64,000 nucleotides of DNA from Gammaproteobacteria bacterium (GCA_965243395.1 CBDEUS010000002.1:608001-672000), one strand, 5' to 3'. Shown: positions 43,244 through 52,935, numbered from the stretch's first letter. Numbers and translations are program-made. The notes: a model not told the origin generated them from the letters alone.

Positions 43244-44206
43244 TTAATTTAATGCACCTCCACAACTACTACCTTGACCGGCTGTGCATCCATAACAATG
43301 ATCGGCAACTGCAATCTCATTTTTTTCAAGGTTTACATCCATTAATTCAGACAAGTGTGTACGTATTTGGTTCTTATGTGGCAACGATAATCCCAACATT
43401 TGATTAAAATCACAGTCGAACACATAGCCTTGCCAATCTACGCTTATCATTGAACGACACATCACGGACTCTAAATTCTTTGCACTGTACGCGTCACGTA
43501 AAAGCTGCATATATTCTTCAAATTTACCTTTACTAATCAACATACTGCCAAATCTTTGTATGGGCATATTGGTGATAGTAAAAAGCTCATCGAAGCTAAT
43601 TTCAAATTTCTCAGCTAAGAATTTAGTGTAATCTTTTTTTAAACTTTGCTGTTCAGGAGGTAGCTGAGGTCCTTGAGGGTTATATACAAGAGTTAACTTT
43701 AAATTATTTGTTCCTTTTCCATAACCTAATGCATTAAGTTTTTTCAGCCCTCGTATACTTTTTTCAAATACTCCTTTACCGCGCTGTTTATCAACATTTT
43801 CTTCAAGATAGCAAGGTAAAGAAGCCACAATTTCAACTTCATGCTGGGCTAAAAATTCGGCCGTATCTTCTTGGTTAGGTTCTTCTAATACAGTTAAGTT
43901 ACAACGATCCATTACATGGCAATCCATGGCTCGTGCAGATTTAACTATTTCTCTAAATTGTGGGTGTAACTCGGGAGCACCACCTGTAAGGTCTAAGGTG
44001 TGTATATTTTGTGCATTTATATAATCAAAAATTACTGAAATATTTTCAGTTGTCATCATCTCTTTACGATTAGGCCCAGCATTCACATGGCAGTGCGTGC
44101 AAGTTTGATTGCACTTATACCCTAAATTAACTTGTAGAGTTTCTACTTTATTGCGAGTGATCGCAGGAAAATCTGTTTTTTCTAGTAAATGTAATGTTTC
44201 ACGCAT
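43244..44206 (-). CDS. arsS: Radical SAM/Cys-rich protein, ArsS-like (arsenosugar-type)
   Basis: CNQTCTHC, DLTGGAPE, ASLPCY, DCDFNQML, HCYGCTAGQGSSCGG. Confidence 0.85.
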   Translation of the reverse strand: MRETLHLLEKTDFPAITRNKVETLQVNLGYKCNQTCTHCHVNAGPNRKEMMTTENISVIFDYINAQNIHTLDLTGGAPELHPQFREIVKSARAMDCHVMDRCNLTVLEEPNQEDTAEFLAQHEVEIVASLPCYLEENVDKQRGKGVFEKSIRGLKKLNALGYGKGTNNLKLTLVYNPQGPQLPPEQQSLKKDYTKFLAEKFEISFDELFTITNMPIQRFGSMLISKGKFEEYMQLLRDAYSAKNLESVMCRSMISVDWQGYVFDCDFNQMLGLSLPHKNQIRTHLSELMDVNLEKNEIAVADHCYGCTAGQGSSCGGALN

Positions 44207-44221
44207 AAATTAATTTTCTGA

Positions 44222-46351
44222 TTAGTGACGCTGAAAAGCGTGAAATTTTTGTATCCAGTTTAATACGCGTTCTGGTGCGTGTGCTCGTTTCCACTCGCCT
44301 GCGGCATACTTATTTGCTTCTGCGAGAGTGGGATAAATATGAATAGTGCCTAAAATTTTATTCAATCCTAGACCATGTTTCATCGCAGCTACATATTCGC
44401 TGATTAGATCGCCTGCATGGTCACCTACAATAGTAACGCCTAAAATTTTATCCTTCCCGGGTTTGGTGAGAACTTTGACGACACCATGTGCCTCACCGTC
44501 AGCAATTGCACGATCCAGTTCAGCAATATCAAATCGAGTGACTTCGTATTCAATATTATCATTTTTTGCTTGAGTTTCATTTATTCCTACATGTGCAACT
44601 TCAGGTTCTGTAAACGTACACCAGGGGATTACAGAATAATCAACGCGGAACTTTTTAAAAGCCCCGAACAAAGAATTAACACTTGTGTACCATGCTTGAT
44701 GTGCCGCAGTGTGAGTAAGCTGATAAGGCCCTGTTACATCGCCACATGCATAAATATTAGGATAGTTTGTTTGTAAATACTCATTAACTTCAAGGGTGCC
44801 GTTTTTGCGCAGTTCTAGGTTTAAATTTTCTTTCCAAACATCACTGCCTCTTGCTTTGCGGCCGACCGCTACCAGTAAAGTGTCAAATGGTAAAAGTAAT
44901 TCATTACCACCATTTGTACATACAAGGGTATTCACACCATCTTTAATTCTGACTTCACTGGCAGTGTGATGAGTTAATAGATTGATACCATCATTTATTA
45001 AGCTCTGTTCAACCATTTCCGCAATTTCTGGATCTTCCATCAACATAATTCGCGGCGCCATTTCAACTAAACTAACATTTGCCCCAAGTCGAGCAAAACA
45101 TTGTGCGAGCTCACATCCAATCGGACCGCCGCCCAGTACCACCATATTTTTAGGCAGCTCTTGTAAACCCCAGATAGTGTCTGAAGTATAGTAAGTAACT
45201 TGATCTAAACCAGGTATAGGAGGAACAAAAGGTTCGGCACCTGTTGCTAAAATAATGTTTTTACTAGTAAACGATTTACCATTTACTTCAACTGTCCAAG
45301 GATCTTTTAGTTTTGCTTCACCTTGTAAACACTCCACTCCTAAACCTGTGTAACGTTCAACTGAATCGTGGGGTTCAATATCTTTAATTACGTTTTGAAC
45401 ACGATTCATAATATCCTTAAAATCAAAATCTACCTCAGCTGTTTTAAATCCATATTTTTCAGCTTGTTTCGCTTGAGAAACAAATTTCGCAGAACGAATT
45501 AATGCTTTAGAAGGTACGCAACCAGTATTTAAGCAGTCGCCCCCCATTTTATGTCTTTCGATCAGTACAACTTTTGCTTTAACGGCCGCTGCAATATATG
45601 AGGAAACTAAACCGGCTGATCCTGCCCCGATGACGGCTAGGTTGTAGTCAAAACTTTTGGGTTTATTGAACCCTTTATAGACACGTTGTGATTTAAGGAA
45701 ATTGATTATAAATTTTGCAACCCATGGGAAAATAGCCAATAAAATAAACGCGCCCCAAATCTTAGGAGTTAAGATGCCGCTTACAGATTCAAGACTTGCA
45801 AGTTGAGTACCAACATTTACAAAAATAATTGTGCCTGCAAGCATCCCAAAAAAACTTGTCAAGACATATGTGATCGTGCGCATGGGAGTGAGCCCCATTA
45901 ATACATTGATCACAAAGAATGGGAAAATAGGTATTAATCTAAGTGTTAGTAAATAAAATGCTCCGTCTTTTTCTACACCAGCATTAATAGTCCTTAATTT
46001 GTCGGCGTATTTTTCTTGGAGACTATTTCCCAATAAATAGCGGGCTAACCAAAATGCGATGGTTGCACCAATCGTAGCTCCAAAAATTACTAGAACTGTT
46101 CCTAATAATAGTCCAAATATCGCACCTGCGAGCAAAGATAAAATGCTTGCCCCTGGGATTGAAAAGCTTGTGACTAATACATAAATTACAAAATATATTG
46201 CAATACTTTGTATAGGGTTAGCTTGATAAAAATCTGATATTGCTTGCTGTTTAGATTTTATATATGCAAAATCTAAATACTGGTTTAAGTCAAAAATAAA
46301 AACACAGGCGACTAGTACAGCAATTATTAATAAGATAATTATTTTTTTCAT
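44222..46351 (-). CDS. TVP38/DedA membrane domain fused to a class I pyridine nucleotide-disulfide oxidoreductase (dihydrolipoamide dehydrogenase/MerA-like)
   Basis: LRLIPIFPF (SNARE-associated domain), GGDCLNTGCVPSK, HIYPT. Confidence 0.9.
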   Translation of the reverse strand: MKKIIILLIIAVLVACVFIFDLNQYLDFAYIKSKQQAISDFYQANPIQSIAIYFVIYVLVTSFSIPGASILSLLAGAIFGLLLGTVLVIFGATIGATIAFWLARYLLGNSLQEKYADKLRTINAGVEKDGAFYLLTLRLIPIFPFFVINVLMGLTPMRTITYVLTSFFGMLAGTIIFVNVGTQLASLESVSGILTPKIWGAFILLAIFPWVAKFIINFLKSQRVYKGFNKPKSFDYNLAVIGAGSAGLVSSYIAAAVKAKVVLIERHKMGGDCLNTGCVPSKALIRSAKFVSQAKQAEKYGFKTAEVDFDFKDIMNRVQNVIKDIEPHDSVERYTGLGVECLQGEAKLKDPWTVEVNGKSFTSKNIILATGAEPFVPPIPGLDQVTYYTSDTIWGLQELPKNMVVLGGGPIGCELAQCFARLGANVSLVEMAPRIMLMEDPEIAEMVEQSLINDGINLLTHHTASEVRIKDGVNTLVCTNGGNELLLPFDTLLVAVGRKARGSDVWKENLNLELRKNGTLEVNEYLQTNYPNIYACGDVTGPYQLTHTAAHQAWYTSVNSLFGAFKKFRVDYSVIPWCTFTEPEVAHVGINETQAKNDNIEYEVTRFDIAELDRAIADGEAHGVVKVLTKPGKDKILGVTIVGDHAGDLISEYVAAMKHGLGLNKILGTIHIYPTLAEANKYAAGEWKRAHAPERVLNWIQKFHAFQRH

Positions 46352-46443
46352 TTTAATTTAGTTCCTCTAAATATATGGCTAGTTCGCTGCTTTGCTTATA
46401 GCTACAATATATTTATACAATCTTCCTTCACTAGTTATAAAAA

Positions 46444-47334
46444 ATGCGTATCGCTACATGTAAATATAATCACCAAGAACACCTGGCGGTCATACAAGAT
46501 GACTCTGTATTTCTTCCAGCAATGAGTAATAATTGGCCTGCTGAGATCAATAGCATGCTACAAATGATCGATTCTGGCGAGGAATCCTTACAGCAGCTAA
46601 GCAAACTTGTTGCAGAATCTGATCAGAAAGAATGGCTGGGACTTTCGCAAATCGAGCTAATCTCGCCCATACCAAGGCCCCGACAGAATATTATGTGCCT
46701 AGGCTGGAACTATATAGAACATGTTCAGGAGACTAGTGGTAAGACTCTGGAAGCGCCAAAATTACCTAAATACCCCATCATTTTTACTAAAGCCGCTTCC
46801 AGTATGAACGGCCCATATTCAGATATTCCAGTCGATTTAGAGGTTTCTAATAAAATGGACTGGGAGGTGGAATTGGCGGTAGTTATTGGTAAGAAAGGTC
46901 AAGGAATCGCCAAAGAAAATGCACTGGATCACGTATTTGGTTATTCGATAATTAATGATATCTCTGCGCGGGATTTTCAAAAACGCCATAAACAATTTTT
47001 TGTTGGTAAAAGTTTTACCGGCGCGTGCCCTATGGGCCCTTGGATTGTTACAAAAGATGAAATTACCGATCCACAAAACTTAAATTTAAAAAGCTGGGTA
47101 AATAACGAACTTAAACAGGATTCAAATACTCAGTATCAAATTTTTGATGTTGCAACTGTTATCGAAGCGCTTTCAAAAGGCATGGAGTTAGAAGCGGGTG
47201 ATATTATTGCAACAGGCACACCTAGTGGCGTGGGTTATGTACGCAACCCGCCTGAATATTTAATGCCGGGTGACGTAGTGGAATGTGAAGTAGAAGGAAT
47301 AGGAAAAATTTCTAACCCGATTATCACAAAATAA
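46444..47334 (+). CDS. Fumarylacetoacetate hydrolase family protein
   Basis: DWEVELAVVIG, NDISARD, GDIIATGTPSGVG. Confidence 0.93.
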   Translation: MRIATCKYNHQEHLAVIQDDSVFLPAMSNNWPAEINSMLQMIDSGEESLQQLSKLVAESDQKEWLGLSQIELISPIPRPRQNIMCLGWNYIEHVQETSGKTLEAPKLPKYPIIFTKAASSMNGPYSDIPVDLEVSNKMDWEVELAVVIGKKGQGIAKENALDHVFGYSIINDISARDFQKRHKQFFVGKSFTGACPMGPWIVTKDEITDPQNLNLKSWVNNELKQDSNTQYQIFDVATVIEALSKGMELEAGDIIATGTPSGVGYVRNPPEYLMPGDVVECEVEGIGKISNPIITK

Positions 47335-47336
47335 AT

Positions 47337-48158
47337 TTACTCCAGCATTTCGCTAATAGCTTGCTGTAAGCCATTTACATAAGTATTTATGGAAAACAAA
47401 AAACCATTACCATGTCCACCCTGTAACGTTATAAATTTTTTAGGTTCATTTGCCGCAGCAAAGTTGCGCTGGCTGTGCTCAAAAGGAATGACTTCATCAT
47501 TTTTGCTATGCGCAATAACAACTGGGGAGTGAATATCCTTTAATTTATCTAGTGTTTCATATTCATGTTTCACAATTAAGCTTGTTGGCATAAATGGATA
47601 ATGTATTGCAGAAACTTCCGTCATGGAAGTAAAAGTAGATTCCAGTATTAACATTGCAGGCTGAACTTTTTTTGCGAGTTCGGCTGCCGCTCCACCTCCT
47701 AAGGACCGTCCTGCAATAATTATTTGATCCGAACTTAAATTTTTTTCTTCAATTAAATACTGCCAAGCGGTATCGGCATCGATATAGATTCCATGCTCAC
47801 TAGGTTTTCCGGTACTTTTGCCAAAGCCACGATAATCAAGAATTAATATATTCAGATTAAGTTGATTGAAAATTTTAATGGTTTCTAATCGATGCGAAAT
47901 ATTTCCCGCATTACCATGTAAAAATAAAACAGTTTTAGCTGTATGGTTTTGAGTGGGAATATACCAAGCATGTATCTGCTCATTATCTTTAGTATTTAAT
48001 TTTAGGCTTTCATAATCAAGCCCAATGTCACTAGGGGTAGCCACCAATTCACGTGTGGGCATATGTGGAGCATAGATAAATAACGCTTGAGCAAAATAAA
48101 TTGCTATGATTGCAGCTAGATAAAATAGTGCAATGGCTAATAAAATCTTAATAAACAT
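47337..48158 (-). CDS. Alpha/beta hydrolase (ABHD13/YfhR-like)
   Basis: HGNAGN, DYRGFG, GRSLGG, DEVIP, GGH. Confidence 0.9.
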   Translation of the reverse strand: MFIKILLAIALFYLAAIIAIYFAQALFIYAPHMPTRELVATPSDIGLDYESLKLNTKDNEQIHAWYIPTQNHTAKTVLFLHGNAGNISHRLETIKIFNQLNLNILILDYRGFGKSTGKPSEHGIYIDADTAWQYLIEEKNLSSDQIIIAGRSLGGGAAAELAKKVQPAMLILESTFTSMTEVSAIHYPFMPTSLIVKHEYETLDKLKDIHSPVVIAHSKNDEVIPFEHSQRNFAAANEPKKFITLQGGHGNGFLFSINTYVNGLQQAISEMLE

Positions 48159-48340
48159 TAGTTGGTAAAAGGTATGCTAATTCATCATTTTCAAAAATTT
48201 TTCAAAAAAGATCATTCTTGTGCGAGCTGTTGATCTTACTAAGAAAGAGGCCTTGTTTGTAATTTATGAGTGCTAGACGTGGCTAGATAGTTTTAAACGG
48301 TCAATTTTTGTTATTTATTAGACTATGGTAATAATATGGT

Positions 48341-48930
48341 ATGGATATTAAGAGACGTGTAAGTGAGATTTTTTCGCAGGAAGCACAAGCGATTTCATCT
48401 ATACCCATCAATGATGAATTTGAGCGTGCAGTACAATTATTACAAGGATGCAAAGGTAAAGTTCTGACTACAGGGATGGGCAAAGCCGGACACATCGCAC
48501 ATAAGTTCTCTGCAACTTTATGTTCGACTGGAACTCCCGCATCTTTCCTTCATCCAGGTGAAGCGGCACATGGAGATTTAGGTATCATGAAGAAAATGAT
48601 GCCATCGTTGCATTTTCTACCAGTGGTAAAACTAGAGAAGTTTTGGATACCTTGGCAGCAGGGCGTGGTTTAGGTTTGCATACGGTTATTGGTATTACTT
48701 CTCACCCAGATTCTGAACTTCGCGAACTCAGTGATGCGGTTTTAGATATGGGCGTTATTAAAGAAGCTTGTCAGACTGGCCTAACGCCTACTTCTAGTAT
48801 GGCAGTGATGCTTGCGATCAGCGATGCTATTGCTTTACTACTTATGGAATTAAACGGATTTGGTGCAGAAGACTTTGGCAAGCGCCACCATGGTGGTTAC
48901 TTAGGGAAAAGAGCTCGCGAAACAAGCTAA
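48341..48930 (+). pseudogene. SIS-domain sugar-phosphate isomerase (KdsD/GutQ-like, no CBS), split by a 1-nt frameshift near 48585
   Basis: First frame: TTGMGKAGHIA...HPGEAAHGDLG; the -1 frame resumes EENDAIVAFSTSGKTREV...PTSS...HHGGYLG. Confidence 0.75.
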
Positions 48931-49004
48931 TCTTTCTAGCAATAATTCATGCTAGGATATTCTCATCTTTAGCAAGTTAGCTGCCTGGCTGATGGGAGTC
49001 TACT

Positions 49005-49571
49005 ATGTTACGTAAAATTTTCTTTTTACTTATACTCGTTATTATCTCAAGTTTTTCAGCAGCCTATTCTGCGGATTCAGACAAAGTTGTTATTGCAGAA
49101 ACTACAACCTGTGCAGATCAAACACTACAGTTAAATGGTTTTGGGACACGAAAAAAATTATTCATAAAACTTTATGTCGCGGCACTATATGTGCAAGAAA
49201 AGGTAACGGATGCAAATCAGTTTCTGGAAATGGAAAAAGCATCTTGCATGCGTTTGCATATCACATCTTCTAAAATTACTTCAGAAAAGATGATCAAAGC
49301 CACGCGTGAAGGATTTGAGAAATCTACTAAAGGAAATACTGCTCCAATAGAAGGGGAAATTGAAACGTTTTTAGCTTGGCTTAAACAACCGATTAAAAAA
49401 GGGGATGTTTTGGAATTTGCATTTGTCCCGCATAATGCTACTCATGTTCTCAAAAATGGTAGCGTACTAGGAGTTATTGAAAGCAAAGAATTTTCTTCTG
49501 CATTGTTTGGAATTTGGATAGGAGAAATGCCGGCACAGAAAGATTTGAAAAATAAATTATTAGGTAATTAG
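49005..49571 (+). CDS. Chalcone isomerase-like secreted protein
   Basis: LNGFGTRKKLFIKLYVAALY, ALFGIWIG. Confidence 0.88.
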   Translation: MLRKIFFLLILVIISSFSAAYSADSDKVVIAETTTCADQTLQLNGFGTRKKLFIKLYVAALYVQEKVTDANQFLEMEKASCMRLHITSSKITSEKMIKATREGFEKSTKGNTAPIEGEIETFLAWLKQPIKKGDVLEFAFVPHNATHVLKNGSVLGVIESKEFSSALFGIWIGEMPAQKDLKNKLLGN

Positions 49572-49575
49572 TAAC

Positions 49576-50073
49576 ATGAGGCGTACATTAACTTTAGTAC
49601 GCCATGCTAAATCTAGCTGGAAGCATGCCGAACTCAGCGATTTTGAGCGACCTTTAAATAGTAGGGGTTTGAAGAACGCGCCCGAAATGGGAAAACGACT
49701 AGCTAAATGTAAATATACAGTAGATAGCATAATTTCTAGTCCGGCCGTGCGTGCAATTACAACTGCGGAACTTATTGCTGGCGAGCTTAATTATAATATC
49801 CAAAAAATAGAACAAAACATGCAAATCTATGAAGCAAGTGTAGATATGCTTATAGATTTAGTAACCGCTTTAGATGATAATTTATTTAGAGTAATGCTGG
49901 TTGGTCATAATCCTGGTTTTACAGTTTTATGTAACTACCTATCAGATGCTGACATAGATAATATGCCGACTTGCTCTATAGCGCAGATTGAGTTTGATGT
50001 GGATCAATGGGATTTTGTATCAGCCCATTCTGGTGCATTGTTAGAATTTGATTACCCTAAAAAATACTCATAA
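49576..50073 (+). CDS. SixA-like histidine phosphatase
   Basis: RHAKS, RPL, SSPAVRA, VGHNP. Confidence 0.9.
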   Translation: MRRTLTLVRHAKSSWKHAELSDFERPLNSRGLKNAPEMGKRLAKCKYTVDSIISSPAVRAITTAELIAGELNYNIQKIEQNMQIYEASVDMLIDLVTALDDNLFRVMLVGHNPGFTVLCNYLSDADIDNMPTCSIAQIEFDVDQWDFVSAHSGALLEFDYPKKYS

Positions 50074-50097
50074 CTATGATGCTAAATAAAAAAAATA

Positions 50098-50829
50098 ATG
50101 CCTCGATCAATAAAGCCAAAATTTACTGAGTTTGATTTACCCGCAGGACGCATTATCGCTAAAAAATATGAAGTTCTCTCTAAATTAGGAGGGGGTTTTG
50201 AAGGTGAGGTGTATAAGATACGCGAACTGAGTACAGGAATTGAACGTGCCGCTAAACTTTTTTATCCCAACCGTAATGAAAAAGACCGCGCAGTAAAATT
50301 TAATGCACAAAAATTACATAAGCTAAGACAGTGTCCTATACTAATTCAATATCATACTAAGGAGAATTTTGTTTTTAAACGCATACCTGTAACGGTTTTA
50401 ATTTCAGAATACGTTGAAGGTCAACTGCTTTCAGAATTTATTAAATCTTTTCCAGGAAAACGTTTAACTCCTTTTCAAGCTTTACATCTGTTATATGCAC
50501 TTACTAAAGGTATCGAGTGCATTCATAGTTTAAATGAATATCATGGCGATCTTCATTCAGATAATATTATCGTTAATAAATTTGGACTGGAATTTGATTT
50601 GAAGCTGGTCGATTTATTTTCTGCAAAGGAATCTAAACGCGAAAGCCGAAGATTTGATATTTTGACTTTGATTCAAGTGTTTCATGAATCACTTGGCGGT
50701 GCAAAACACTATGCCAAACATCCAGATGCGATTAAATATATCTGCTGCGGGCTGAAATCAAATCTGATTTTGAAAAAATTCAAAACCGCAGGACAGTTAA
50801 GAAGACATATCGAAAGCATGGATTGGTAA
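50098..50829 (+). CDS. Single-domain Hanks-type protein kinase
   Basis: LGGGFEGEVY, AAK, HGDLHSDN, DLF. Confidence 0.85.
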   Translation: MPRSIKPKFTEFDLPAGRIIAKKYEVLSKLGGGFEGEVYKIRELSTGIERAAKLFYPNRNEKDRAVKFNAQKLHKLRQCPILIQYHTKENFVFKRIPVTVLISEYVEGQLLSEFIKSFPGKRLTPFQALHLLYALTKGIECIHSLNEYHGDLHSDNIIVNKFGLEFDLKLVDLFSAKESKRESRRFDILTLIQVFHESLGGAKHYAKHPDAIKYICCGLKSNLILKKFKTAGQLRRHIESMDW

Positions 50830-51015
50830 GAACATCGATGACGCGAACAGAATAGAGTCAAGTGATATAAAGTAATGCACCAGTTGGATAATTCAAGGTA
50901 TGACTTCAAAATGACTGATTTCGACCCAAATCGGAAATTTGGTAATTTAGAATAATGACTTCTAAGAGTAAAGATTTGCTGAATAGAAGCTTGCAAAGTT
51001 AAAGCTAGGTTTATC

Positions 51016-51498
51016 ATGAGCTCGTCTACACAAAAAGTAGAAAATATATATCAGCTAGTATATGTGAGCACTGCTACAGCTCCATTTGAAATAGAGGATA
51101 TAGCCGCAATAGAAAATGTTTCTGTTAGAAACAATAAAGTGCTGGGTTTGACTGGGTTATTAACTTATTGTGATTGTAAATTTATGCAATTCTTGGAGGG
51201 TGAAAAAACCTATGTTGAAAAGTTGTTTGCTAAGATTAAAAAAGATACGAGACATCATTCCATCGATATAATGCGTGAAGGTTATATCTCAGAACGCCAA
51301 TATACTGGCTGGTCTATGAGATATACAGACATTGATGATATTCAGCTGCATGAAGGATTTGTTCATAAAAAACTATTCGAAAATCTGACACCTTCGCTTG
51401 CTCCATATGATAAAGCTAAAGAGTCCCTTGCGTTACTTGTTTCTTTTAAAAGCTCTTGTCGTGATCAAATTTATAAAAAAGCGTTAAGTTCCAAATAG
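51016..51498 (+). CDS. BLUF domain blue-light sensor
   Basis: YQLVYVS, RNN...LTGLL, FMQFLEG, D.RH, WSM. Confidence 0.92.
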   Translation: MSSSTQKVENIYQLVYVSTATAPFEIEDIAAIENVSVRNNKVLGLTGLLTYCDCKFMQFLEGEKTYVEKLFAKIKKDTRHHSIDIMREGYISERQYTGWSMRYTDIDDIQLHEGFVHKKLFENLTPSLAPYDKAKESLALLVSFKSSCRDQIYKKALSSK

Positions 51499-51607
51499 AA
51501 TTTTATATTGATTGCTTTCGGCTCGAAGCAGACATTCCGAATTTGTAAAAGTTTGAATTAGAAGCAACATCCCTGTTGTAACACTTATTCGCACACCCAT
51601 GTGCTCA

Positions 51608-51685
51608 CTACTTATAAGGTTTTAAATTTTCCCAAAATATGTAGATGAGTATCAACAGCATGATTAAGTAAACAAGATCGTACAT
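51608..51685 (-). CDS. Unannotated 25-aa membrane micro-protein MYDLVYLIMLLILIYIFWENLKPYK
   Basis: GAGGGG RBS 5 nt before ATG; single TM helix; perfect FNR box at 51745-51758 with TAGTTT -10 at class II spacing. Confidence 0.6.
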   Translation of the reverse strand: MYDLVYLIMLLILIYIFWENLKPYK

Positions 51686-51744
51686 AGCAACCCCTCTTAG
51701 AGTTTATGCACAATAGAAACTACTTGATTTACATATAATGCTGA

Positions 51745-51758
51745 TTGATTTAAATCAA
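51745..51758. promoter_or_regulatory. FNR box (canonical)
   Basis: TTGAT-TTAA-ATCAA. Confidence 0.8.
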
Positions 51759-51775
51759 ATATCTATATTAATTTA

Positions 51776-51886
51776 TTAGGCAATAAGAAAGTTTACAAAT
51801 ACTGTAATAACAGCCGCTAAAATAAATACAACCAAAAATGCGGTAATTATCGGATTAGAGTGACTTTCTATATATTTTGTACTCAT
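51776..51886 (-). CDS. Unannotated 36-aa membrane micro-protein MSTKYIESHSNPIITAFLVVFILAAVITVFVNFLIA
   Basis: AAGGT RBS; single TM helix; FNR-like box at 51985-51998 with TACTAT -10. Confidence 0.65.
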   Translation of the reverse strand: MSTKYIESHSNPIITAFLVVFILAAVITVFVNFLIA

Positions 51887-51984
51887 GATTTACCTTTTAC
51901 TGATAATTAATCAAACTTTTTTATATAACTTAATTGCAATAAGTTATTAACTAAAAATAGTAGTAATCTTTTTATATAAAGGTA

Positions 51985-51998
51985 TTGTTCTAGATCAG
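51985..51998. promoter_or_regulatory. FNR-like box
   Basis: TTGTT-CTAG-ATCAG; minus-strand -10 TACTAT 29.5 bp from box centre. Confidence 0.6.
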
Positions 51999-52033
51999 TT
52001 AGATATAAAAAAACTTTTATTTTTTTATGAAAG

Positions 52034-52525
52034 TTATTTCGAGCTTGGAACTTCTTGAATAGAATTTAGAAATAATAGTAATTCAAATATTTTCCCTCTT
52101 ACTAATGTGTTCGCGTGTTCTGGGCTAACTTCGTACCAGGATTCTTCCGTATACCGATCACCCCAAATAGGCATTAGTCGAGGGCCATGAGATTTTACTA
52201 ACTCTCTCCCATCTATGATCATATAGGTCTCTAGAAAGGGAAAATCACCGTTATTTTCCTTTGCAAGTTTAGTCAGATCGGATGGTTTGAAAACCAATGC
52301 AAATGCATAGGGTCCATTACCTCGACCATTATCTCCATGACACAATGCACATCTTTGTTGAAATTCTCGAGCACCTGCTGAAACTGCATCTGTAGGCTCA
52401 GAGGCAAAAGAAAAAGTGAATAATCCAAAAAATATGTAAATAATTGTATAAATACAAAAACTTTTCACCTTGGCTACAAGAAAGGGGTGAATGAAAAAAT
52501 TATACTTATCTATCAAGCACATCAT
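52034..52525 (-). CDS. Mono-haem c-type cytochrome (true start probably downstream)
   Basis: CALCH, P.DLT.L, HG.R.MPIWG. Confidence 0.88.
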   Translation of the reverse strand: MMCLIDKYNFFIHPFLVAKVKSFCIYTIIYIFFGLFTFSFASEPTDAVSAGAREFQQRCALCHGDNGRGNGPYAFALVFKPSDLTKLAKENNGDFPFLETYMIIDGRELVKSHGPRLMPIWGDRYTEESWYEVSPEHANTLVRGKIFELLLFLNSIQEVPSSK

Positions 52526-52874
52526 CTCGATGAGTTTCTATTGCATCAATTACTTTTGTAGTGAGGCTTTTCCCAACATCAAGGTCTGATAAAGACTTTT
52601 TTACGCATTCCATCATTGCGTCAACGTGCTCATCACTTAGACCTTTTTCCACCGCACCTTTATGTGCGCGACGCATGTCCTTACCAATATAAAGTGAAGG
52701 GCCACCAAATATATAGGTTAAAAATGCGGACATTTTTCTTTTTTGTTTTTCAACGTCTATATTTTCAAAAAAGCTATTGATACGGTCATCATCAAGTATG
52801 TGTACATATAAGTAATGAGAGGCTTTTTCCACAGTTTCTTTGCCACCTAACTCTTCATATAGTGATTGATCCAT
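52506..52874 (-). CDS. Group 1 truncated haemoglobin
   Basis: SLYEELGG, FF, GGP..Y.GKDMRRAH. Confidence 0.92.
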   Translation of the reverse strand: MDQSLYEELGGKETVEKASHYLYVHILDDDRINSFFENIDVEKQKRKMSAFLTYIFGGPSLYIGKDMRRAHKGAVEKGLSDEHVDAMMECVKKSLSDLDVGKSLTTKVIDAIETHRDDVLDR

Positions 52875-52935
52875 GTTGATCCTTTTTTCTTGAGTGTAAG
52901 TTTGAAAATTCTATATATAAGTACACAAATCTATA

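Noticed and set aside
44222-46351. Mercuric reductase merA
   Set aside because: No C-terminal Cys-Cys pair and no mer operon; has an N-terminal TVP38 domain instead
48581-48600. Programmed -1 ribosomal frameshift in the SIS gene
   Set aside because: No X XXY YYZ heptamer in frame and no precedent known to me in this family
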